Shown piece by piece: positions 46,595 to 52,993 of a stretch of DNA of 52,993 nt. The notes beneath the pieces were generated by a model. It searched no databases, was not told the origin of the DNA, and was given only the letters and a program-made list of their open reading frames with translations. Position 1 is the first letter of the stretch. Each line of letters starts with the position of its first letter. The position numbers were made by a program, and so were the translations under genes. The stretch comes from a virus (taxonomy: Duplodnaviria > Caudoviricetes): IMG/VR virus record IMGVR_UViG_3300025083_000046, positions 1-52,993 of that record; one strand, given 5' to 3'.

Positions 46595-46649
46595 AACCTA
46601 TTATGAACATTCAAAACTACACAAAGTTGATTAATTGTGCAAGATATAT

Positions 46650-47567
46650 TTAAGAAATGTTTATACCTTTTAATATGTGAGCCACCACATCCACAGTCCA
46701 TCCATCACCGAGTAATGATGCTGCTTGATCTCTCGTTACCATAGAGGTGTATCCTTCAGGTACGGTTTGCGCCCTCTCCATCTCGGATCGGTTCAAATAT
46801 CTCACGCCCTCGTACACCGACATATCAATGTTGTTGTTAATAATATGTTGCTCTACACCCTTAGCATCCAAGCCACCAAAGTTAAGATTGAAATGCTCAA
46901 CGCACGAATTGTAATGGCCCTCGCTTTTAAATATTACTTGCCAGAACCCATACAATAAATACCTACGAGCAATCTTAATCGGTGTCTTTAGAGGTCTTGA
47001 TAAGCTCTCCAATAAACACATCCCAAACTCCCGGTCAGTATACCCCTCGTCTAAGATATCTTTGAGTCGGATGCCCTTGTCCTCAATGGTAGCATCGAAT
47101 GGTATGTTCGTCCAGTAGTTTCGTTTACGATACACACCACTCACTAAGTAGCTATCAAAGAGGACTGGCTCGACACCAAGTAGTTCACTCAGGGCATCTT
47201 GATATTCCTTTTTCATCTTAACATTTTCAAGTAAGAAATACTTTGGCTTTAGTTCCTTGAGTAGTCTGAGGTACTCATAGAATAATGAGCTTTTAGTTCC
47301 CTTCAATCCACTCTGAACCAGGTTGGCTGCACTAAAGTCTTGACAAGGCGAACCACCTATCAGTAGGTCAATCTTATTATTACCAAAGGTTTCTTTAGTT
47401 ATAAACTGAACATCCCCTAACTGAATTGTATCAGGGTAGTTCGCTTGTGTTACCTTCATTGCGTATGGCTTAATCTCACTCGCAAAATACTTGTCAACCT
47501 TTATCCCACATCGCTCAAGGGCGATGCGACCACATGACATTCCATCAAATAAACTTAATACTTTCAT
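46650..47567 (-). CDS. C5-cytosine DNA methyltransferase
   Basis: Motif I SLFDGMSCG, motif IV GGSPCQ, motif VI LENV, RKRNYW and motif X LGDGW. Confidence 0.9.
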   Translation of the reverse strand: MKVLSLFDGMSCGRIALERCGIKVDKYFASEIKPYAMKVTQANYPDTIQLGDVQFITKETFGNNKIDLLIGGSPCQDFSAANLVQSGLKGTKSSLFYEYLRLLKELKPKYFLLENVKMKKEYQDALSELLGVEPVLFDSYLVSGVYRKRNYWTNIPFDATIEDKGIRLKDILDEGYTDREFGMCLLESLSRPLKTPIKIARRYLLYGFWQVIFKSEGHYNSCVEHFNLNFGGLDAKGVEQHIINNNIDMSVYEGVRYLNRSEMERAQTVPEGYTSMVTRDQAASLLGDGWTVDVVAHILKGINIS

Positions 47568-47812
47568 TGTTCTGATTTTTTATTCCACTTCTCAAAAATT
47601 TGCTCATTGGTTGAGTCATCAATGTAGTAGGTGTAGTTGCCTATAGTCACATACAATGACTTGTTAGATCTTACATCTATTACCATCTTGTTGCGCTCAA
47701 TCCATCGTGAGTACATCTTACTTGCTATCGCCAACCTTTGTGGTCGGAATGGATAGTCTTTCTTGATGATAGCCATAGCTATCCTTACAAAGTTATCTCT
47801 TTCTTTACTCAT
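47564..47812 (-). CDS. hypothetical protein
   Basis: Between the two methyltransferases, overlapping both. Confidence 0.6.
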   Translation of the reverse strand: MSKERDNFVRIAMAIIKKDYPFRPQRLAIASKMYSRWIERNKMVIDVRSNKSLYVTIGNYTYYIDDSTNEQIFEKWNKKSEQ

Positions 47813-48446
47813 AGTCACACTCTTTTATAACTTCTAAACACAACTCGTGAGGTATCTTACTACGCTCATAGTTTCCCTTCAACCCTTGAGTCCCAGTTTG
47901 TGAACCCCTCGGAGCAGCCACATGACAAGGGTCACCATTCTTACACGCTGGGCGTGGCTTCCAATAAAAATTGTTCGTCCAAATGTCGGTGGGTTTCATT
48001 CGCTCATCACCATACTGACAATAGGTTACGGTTCTTCTTATCATAAAATGGCTTATCTCTTTTAACCTTGGAGACTTACGCATCTTACCCCTTGGGTTCT
48101 CAATGAACCATATCACTTCAGGGTTTATCTTTATGAACTCAGTAATCAAGTCCAAGGTAGCATCTAATATCTCAACACCCAACCTTGCACTCTCAGTTTT
48201 CGGTGTGAAGATTTCACCCTTTACCCAATTCCTTCCGATAGCCGCAACGCTAAACCCAGTGCAAGGAGGTGATGCCCATATCACATCGGGAACGAAGGGG
48301 CAATCACTCACCTGAAAATCTCGGATGTCTCCAACGTAATCAATGTCCTCAAAGTCATTGATGTCTGAACTGAACACCTCGTGTCCAAGCTCCTCTGATG
48401 CCTTCCCTATGGATCGGCTACCAGCAAATAATTCTAATACTTTCAA
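47805..48446 (-). CDS. short C5-cytosine DNA methyltransferase-like protein
   Basis: ELFAGS, WASPPC, IENP, YCQYG and KPTDIW motifs. The TTG start overlaps the upstream TGA. Confidence 0.8.
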   Translation of the reverse strand: MKVLELFAGSRSIGKASEELGHEVFSSDINDFEDIDYVGDIRDFQVSDCPFVPDVIWASPPCTGFSVAAIGRNWVKGEIFTPKTESARLGVEILDATLDLITEFIKINPEVIWFIENPRGKMRKSPRLKEISHFMIRRTVTYCQYGDERMKPTDIWTNNFYWKPRPACKNGDPCHVAAPRGSQTGTQGLKGNYERSKIPHELCLEVIKECDYE

Positions 48447-48613
48447 TTTAATTGTTTTATAAGGTTATTAAATAATTGTTGTGTTGCGTTGTGCTTTAAT
48501 GCAAAGTCACACGCCTCTTGGAATTCACCAAAGATGTGAATCTCTAAGTGGTTATTAGACACCTCCAAATGGATTGCCCAGCACTTGCTACTTACTTGTA
48601 ATATATCTACCAT
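48443..48613 (-). CDS. hypothetical protein, 56 aa (below the ORF-track cutoff)
   Basis: MVDILQVSSKCWAIHLE...KQLN*; its TGA overlaps the methyltransferase TTG, and its ATG overlaps the end of the upstream ORF. Confidence 0.55.
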   Translation of the reverse strand: MVDILQVSSKCWAIHLEVSNNHLEIHIFGEFQEACDFALKHNATQQLFNNLIKQLN

Positions 48614-48711
48614 AACTCACAAGAATTAACTCCAACACATACTACGTTGTAGATTACCAAGGTGACCAACGTAATCGCCACCATTACCGAAAATAAATTT
48701 AAAGATTTCAT
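48607..48711 (-). CDS. small membrane protein, 34 aa (below the ORF-track cutoff)
   Basis: MKSLNLFSVMVAITLVTLVIYNVVCVGVNSCELW*, preceded by the repeated A/T-rich leader. Confidence 0.55.
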   Translation of the reverse strand: MKSLNLFSVMVAITLVTLVIYNVVCVGVNSCELW

Positions 48712-48783
48712 ATAATTAATTTAATTTGTTTAACCCACAAATCCCCCCTAGTTTCCTAGGGAGGTACTCATAAGCGAATAGAG

Positions 48784-49047
48784 TTAGATTGATTCCCACC
48801 TTCGTAAATCCTCATCCAAACGTGGGATGTTTAATCTCTTGAGCATTGTGTTTACATTGCACCACTCTTTATTGTCTTTACGAGTGCGCCAGTCTAACCT
48901 ACCAAAGTAAAATATACTTTCCTTGTAAGACTCATAGCAATGCAATTCATACATTTGTAACTGTGATATCAACTCCTCCTTTGTGAGCTTACTGATGTCT
49001 TGATTAGACAAGTCGGTTGTTTCTTCTGACAATTTCATAGCATCCAT
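48784..49047 (-). CDS. hypothetical protein
   Basis: The ATG at 49047 directly follows the upstream stop and is more plausible than the longer ORF call. Confidence 0.6.
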   Translation of the reverse strand: MDAMKLSEETTDLSNQDISKLTKEELISQLQMYELHCYESYKESIFYFGRLDWRTRKDNKEWCNVNTMLKRLNIPRLDEDLRRWESI

Positions 49048-49048
49048 T

Positions 49049-49549
49049 TTAATAAAAGTATCCTTGGTACTGACAATCTTTGGGTGCTTTCTTGGTGTAC
49101 TTCCACCCATCTAATTTCTCCACAAGGTTAGGGTTTACAATGCCCTTTTCCTTTATCGTTATCCTTGCCCACTCGCCACTATCAACGAGTTGACTTGCAC
49201 TCATTCCATCTTCTAAGATGTCATCTCTCCAATTAAAGAAATCAATCCCACCACCCTTGTAAACTTTCTTGGTGTCGAGATTGATGATAGCATTGATTCC
49301 AAAGTGTAAATTGATTCCGAGATCTCGCATCTCTTGACCTTCTGATAGGTCATCCTTTGTCTTACCATTCATCTCGGCAAGTAACTCATAAAAGTCTTTG
49401 CCTCCGAATCTACCATACCCCTCGTAGTTTGCCTCATACCAATGGTTGCCCTTATTGTCACATAGGTACACTGGTCGTGCCTTTTTAGAGCTATGACTTG
49501 ATGGTATGCTCTTGTTTGTGTCTTGTGTTTTCCAACTGAAAAATCCCAT
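49049..49549 (-). CDS. hypothetical phage protein (MGFFSW... type)
   Basis: ATG at 49549 follows the repeated leader; YEGYGRFGGKDFYELLAEMN motif. Confidence 0.7.
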   Translation of the reverse strand: MGFFSWKTQDTNKSIPSSHSSKKARPVYLCDNKGNHWYEANYEGYGRFGGKDFYELLAEMNGKTKDDLSEGQEMRDLGINLHFGINAIINLDTKKVYKGGGIDFFNWRDDILEDGMSASQLVDSGEWARITIKEKGIVNPNLVEKLDGWKYTKKAPKDCQYQGYFY

Positions 49550-49627
49550 AATAATTAATTTAATTTGTTTAACCCCCAAAGCCCACAACGAACTAACGAG
49601 GTGGGGCATCAGAGGTGCTATGAACAC

Positions 49628-50119
49628 TTATTCTCTTAACTTCAAATCTTTTTGAGCAATGCTGTGGGCAAGATGCTCAATCAAGTCTTCAGGTGTCTTA
49701 AAATGAAATTCCTTACCATTGTAATTCCAAATGGACATCGCAACACTTGGTGTTGGATTTGTGTATATCGTATTTAACTGGATTTTACAGTTTAAGTGGG
49801 CATCGGCTTGAATATCCATACAAGGCAATGTCGATGCATACTCCTTAGAAAATCGTTTATCTCTTGGTTCGTAATACACCAAGTCATTGCTAAGGCAAGT
49901 TCGGTAAAGATTATTTGCACACAACGTAAACACATCTTGTTGGCCACCATCATATGGTCTACTATCGTATTTGTCATTGCAATATTCTAAGAACTCATAT
50001 AGCTCTCCACACACCTCACTTAAATATTCAATCCTACGTTCCAATAGACTTTGTGTTGCTTTTCTTTGGGCATCAACTTTCATCTCGCCTTGTTTTAAAA
50101 TGTTGTCAAATTTGTTCAT
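49628..50119 (-). CDS. hypothetical protein, 163 aa
   Basis: Downstream of a promoter-like element, with an A-rich leader. Confidence 0.7.
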   Translation of the reverse strand: MNKFDNILKQGEMKVDAQRKATQSLLERRIEYLSEVCGELYEFLEYCNDKYDSRPYDGGQQDVFTLCANNLYRTCLSNDLVYYEPRDKRFSKEYASTLPCMDIQADAHLNCKIQLNTIYTNPTPSVAMSIWNYNGKEFHFKTPEDLIEHLAHSIAQKDLKLRE

Positions 50120-50160
50120 AATAACTTGTTTAAATAATGTTCATAAAATGTTTATACTTG

Positions 50161-50192
50161 CAATACTAAGGATAATATCTCAGACCACCAAA
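50161..50192 (-). promoter_or_regulatory. Bacteroidota sigma70-type promoter
   Basis: TTTG-N20-TAGTATTG (one mismatch to TAnnTTTG). Confidence 0.6.
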
Positions 50193-50227
50193 TGTAATCT
50201 GAAATATTTTCCCCAGCCTGATTTAAT

Positions 50228-50473
50228 TTACTCCCTAAATCCATCGTAATACACCTTGTTTAAAGCGATCTCCTTGACCTCGCCACCGAAATATTCCATA
50301 GCATTTTCAAAGTCACTCATATAACGATGCTTTTTGTAAGCGTTTCTTTTTATTCTATTGAATTCATCATCCAAAAGAACCATTGCTTCTTCTTTACTTT
50401 TGGCTATGACATTTACACCATAACCTCCATTGATTTCAGGTATTATTCCAACCCATACTTTCTCTACGCTCAT
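50228..50473 (-). CDS. hypothetical protein, 81 aa
   Basis: A-rich leader; early-region small ORF. Confidence 0.65.
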   Translation of the reverse strand: MSVEKVWVGIIPEINGGYGVNVIAKSKEEAMVLLDDEFNRIKRNAYKKHRYMSDFENAMEYFGGEVKEIALNKVYYDGFRE

Positions 50474-50830
50474 ATCTATTTGTTTTTAGTTATGGTAAAT
50501 TGTCTCGTAGTAGTATATAGTCCACTCAGATTGGAAGTCATCATCCCACTTTCTATATATAATCCTTTCGCATCCATTTTCACTCTTTAAAAACCCCCTA
50601 CAAATTGGAGCTTGAGGGTGGGACTTGAAATACTTTTCCCTAACGTGATTTTTGATAGCATCCAACTCATCATCAAAGGACAAATCATCTTCAACTGGCG
50701 TGAGCCAAATTGTTAACTTGTGATGGGTTGTTGATGAGGTTGCCCAAGGGTTGTTGTTGCCCTCTTTAATCGTCTCATTTGAGACCTCTTTGTACTTGAA
50801 ATTCTCTATGCTCATATCTATTTGTTTTTA
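50460..50830 (-). repeat. 29-bp direct repeat (1 mismatch) spanning two gene starts
   Basis: TTCTCTAYGCTCATATCTATTTGTTTTTA at 50460-50488 and 50802-50830. Confidence 0.85.
50486..50815 (-). CDS. hypothetical protein, 109 aa
   Basis: Bounded by the 29-bp repeat. Confidence 0.65.
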   Translation of the reverse strand: MSIENFKYKEVSNETIKEGNNNPWATSSTTHHKLTIWLTPVEDDLSFDDELDAIKNHVREKYFKSHPQAPICRGFLKSENGCERIIYRKWDDDFQSEWTIYYYETIYHN

Positions 50831-51114
50831 TTGGTTTCTAATTCAATACCCATTTTTATATACAAGTGCATCGTACAAAGGTTGTCGAGAAACTCAATGT
50901 CTTTGTCACTTTTCTCAAAGCACATCAATCCAATCTTTACAAATTGTAATAGCGCCTCCTCTGAATCCCCTACTTTAAATACATCAATTGGACTATCAAT
51001 TCCTTGGAAAAAATTTAGTCCAATTAACACTCCACTATCATCCCTTGTGATAGCCATTAATCTATCCGATTCTTCTATTCGGATAATCTCAAATAATACA
51101 TCTTTTTTGTTCAT
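50818..51114 (-). CDS. hypothetical protein, 98 aa
   Basis: Follows a hairpin leader. Confidence 0.6.
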   Translation of the reverse strand: MNKKDVLFEIIRIEESDRLMAITRDDSGVLIGLNFFQGIDSPIDVFKVGDSEEALLQFVKIGLMCFEKSDKDIEFLDNLCTMHLYIKMGIELETNKNK

Positions 51115-51238
51115 AATATGTAATTAAAATTGTGCAATATTGCACCCCAAAACCCCAAGCCGAATCAACGTACTTGGGGCAAAAAATGGGTTCGCCAGTT
51201 AAACTGCAGCAACCTTGGATCGGACGCTCACACTTGAT

Positions 51239-51541
51239 TTATTCTCGGCATTCATCCGAACAATAACCACCATTGTATTCTCCACCATACTCTTTTCGGC
51301 ACGTTGGATTATCACACGAATATGGTGTACTATCACCATTGATTAAAAAATTGTACTCATTCTCATCAAGAATAATGTAATCCTCTAAGACAAATTGCTC
51401 CAATATAGCAATGGTGGTTTGCCGAGATTCTTCATCGGTAAATTCAATCCTCTTGACCTCATCTAAACTAATGTCTTGAATCTCGTTATCATCCCAAGAT
51501 TCAATGTTGTGCTTTCCGATAATTAAATATAATACGTTCAT
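51239..51541 (-). CDS. acidic hypothetical protein with a C-terminal Cys cluster (possible Zn finger)
   Basis: CDNPTC...YCSDEC. Confidence 0.6.
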   Translation of the reverse strand: MNVLYLIIGKHNIESWDDNEIQDISLDEVKRIEFTDEESRQTTIAILEQFVLEDYIILDENEYNFLINGDSTPYSCDNPTCRKEYGGEYNGGYCSDECRE

Positions 51542-51780
51542 AGTCTCTCAATTTTAAGTTCTTTAGAATTTACACTAACCGAAAAACTCGGTGTCGGTAG
51601 TGTTAGATGGTTCGTGTGAGTAATGGTCGCTAATGGAGAAAAAGTTAGGTACACAACGTGATACCCATCACCATCATCAAATGAATTTTTACCATCAATT
51701 TTGAATGGTCTATTACTTCGAATTCCGAGCGTTTTTTCGCCATCCTCAATGTAAGTTTTTGTCTCAAATAATCGTGTCAT
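51538..51780 (-). CDS. hypothetical protein
   Basis: ATG at 51780 follows a hairpin and A/T-rich leader; ATGA overlap with the next gene. Confidence 0.6.
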   Translation of the reverse strand: MTRLFETKTYIEDGEKTLGIRSNRPFKIDGKNSFDDGDGYHVVYLTFSPLATITHTNHLTLPTPSFSVSVNSKELKIERL

Positions 51781-51856
51781 AATAAATTTTATTAAAGTGT
51801 TATACCACCAAAAGCCGACCACTATCTCAAGGTCGGCTCGGTGAAGGTGAGTGGTT

Positions 51857-52411
51857 CTAAATCGTATCTTTAGTATTAGCCAAGGTCAACTCAATTCGTT
51901 GATGTGCTTTCAGATAAGGTTCACGATAGTATTCTTGTGGGTCAGTTTCTAATCCACCTTTTGAAGCATCTCTATCTAAATAGAACATACCAACTGAATC
52001 TTTATTAGGGTTCGCAATAGCAACACCATCACATTTCACAACTGAATCTTTAGAAGATAAGAACCAATGACCATCATCGTTACCTACTTTACCCAACAAT
52101 AACTTGTTTGAGATAAACTCAACCATTTCATCAAACTTAGCAAATGATACTATCTCATCGTGGTTACCAAATGGACATCTGATTGTGAACATAGTGAACT
52201 CCTCGTTGTCGTGGTTATCAAATACTGAATTAGGTAACATAATAGCAATCATACCATCCATCTCGATGGTGTCGCATAAGTCATTTTTCCAACTGATGTT
52301 TGTGAATTCGTGACCCTCGAATATCTCCTCTAATTTAGCAACGTATTGCTTGGTCAACCACTCGGTGTGGTACTGAAATTTTGTGTTCATAATAAATCGT
52401 GTTTCGTTCAT
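51857..52411 (-). CDS. hypothetical protein (first gene of the early operon in this window; start could be 52390)
   Basis: 184-aa ORF directly below a promoter-like element. Confidence 0.65.
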   Translation of the reverse strand: MNETRFIMNTKFQYHTEWLTKQYVAKLEEIFEGHEFTNISWKNDLCDTIEMDGMIAIMLPNSVFDNHDNEEFTMFTIRCPFGNHDEIVSFAKFDEMVEFISNKLLLGKVGNDDGHWFLSSKDSVVKCDGVAIANPNKDSVGMFYLDRDASKGGLETDPQEYYREPYLKAHQRIELTLANTKDTI

Positions 52412-52419
52412 AATTAGTG

Positions 52420-52450
52420 TAAAGATAGTCTAATGTTTGATATAAACAAA
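52420..52450 (-). promoter_or_regulatory. Bacteroidota sigma70-type promoter
   Basis: TTTG-N19-TATCTTTA (one mismatch to TAnnTTTG). Confidence 0.6.
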
Positions 52451-52769
52451 TACATATGGAGTAAATATAATTCTCACACCACTACTCAATCGCTCTGAAA
52501 ACCTTGCTACACCTATGCTGCAGCATATCAAATCCCTTGTTTTAAGTGACCCAAATTTATTTGAGGGGGCAAAGGATGGGTGCGTTCATTACCCACGACC
52601 TCTTGGTTCGTGAGGGAAGGTTTTGAGACCATAATCATACTGGAGAATCGTCTACATCCCTCGTCATTGCTACGATTCGTGAGTTAAGATCTTACAAAGC
52701 ACCTCGCTATCAGCACGTTCATAATAGGTAGGTGCATCCATCCACATATAGGTGTTGATTGTGTGTGGT

Positions 52770-52993
52770 CGGTGAGGGGGTGCGAGGGGGTAGGGGTGCG
52801 AGGTGGGATGGGAGGGTGCGAACCAATGCGATGAACCAAGCACATAGGTGGGGGTGGGGTGGGGCATATCACTATACGTTACGCGCCATAGAAAAAACGC
52901 CAAAAAATCCGAGGTGCGCCAACGAAAACAACACCCCCCCCTTGAGCGCAAAGTCACTTCCGCTCACCCGGGCGCGCGCGTGCAGCCCCATAT
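52770..52993 (+). other. GC-rich non-coding segment with G-runs, GGTGCGA repeats and A-tracts
   Basis: Nine runs of 3-5 G between 52776 and 52864; composition is sharply different from the AT-rich genome. Confidence 0.6.

Larger units (their letters stand above)
48712..49580 (-). repeat. duplicated leader (ATAATTAATTTAATTTGTTTAACCC, 25 bp exact) at 48712-48736 and 49551-49575
   Basis: Direct comparison; each copy lies between a GC-rich hairpin and an ATG on the - strand. Confidence 0.9.

Noticed and set aside
46495-46701. 68-aa minus-strand ORF across the tRNA-like element
   Set aside because: It starts within the methyltransferase gene, has no recognisable features, and the region is better explained as structured RNA plus leader.
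49570-49620. Hammerhead ribozyme (CTGATG next to a hairpin on the - strand)
   Set aside because: Core is CTGATGC rather than CTGANGA, and there is no GAAA at the required position.
48712-51856. CRISPR or mini-CRISPR array
   Set aside because: Repeats occur only in pairs or are structural rather than sequence-identical, and are separated by whole genes rather than 30-40-nt spacers.
52670-52957. Pro/His-rich minus-strand ORFs (95 aa and 62 aa)
   Set aside because: Composition simply mirrors the G-run DNA; no A-rich leader, and codon usage is atypical.

Overview
This window is a large part of a tailed dsDNA phage genome (Caudoviricetes, podovirus-type). It begins inside a gene, so it is not the whole genome. 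The host is probably a Bacteroidota/Flavobacteriia bacterium: TAnnTTTG/TTTG promoter elements, A-rich leaders mostly without Shine-Dalgarno, a BT4734/VirE-N-type primase and a signal peptide followed by Gln all point that way. The + strand (1-36011) is the virion module: GroES-like protein, terminase, portal, scaffold, major capsid, a cluster of LamG-repeat proteins, adaptor/ring proteins, a split nozzle and ejection proteins ending in a 3603-aa polyvalent protein. The - strand (36008-52411) is the replication/early module: phosphoesterase, VRR-NUC nuclease, SF2 helicase, PAPS-reductase-like protein, primase-helicase, SSB, exonuclease, Sak-like annealase, two C5 DNA methyltransferases and many small ORFs. 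A G-rich non-coding segment closes the window. No DNA polymerase, integrase, lysin, reverse transcriptase or CRISPR array was recognised. Most notable: (1) two small basic ORFs overprinted in the +1 frame inside virion genes, one with an ArfA-like YxRKxKH motif; (2) a predicted pseudoknot/hairpin switch ahead of the SSB gene; (3) a D-arm-less tRNA-like element; (4) a candidate origin with iterons and an IHF site; (5) repeat-bounded cassettes in the giant protein, the LamG cluster and the early region. All family assignments come from motif recognition by eye, not from database searches.
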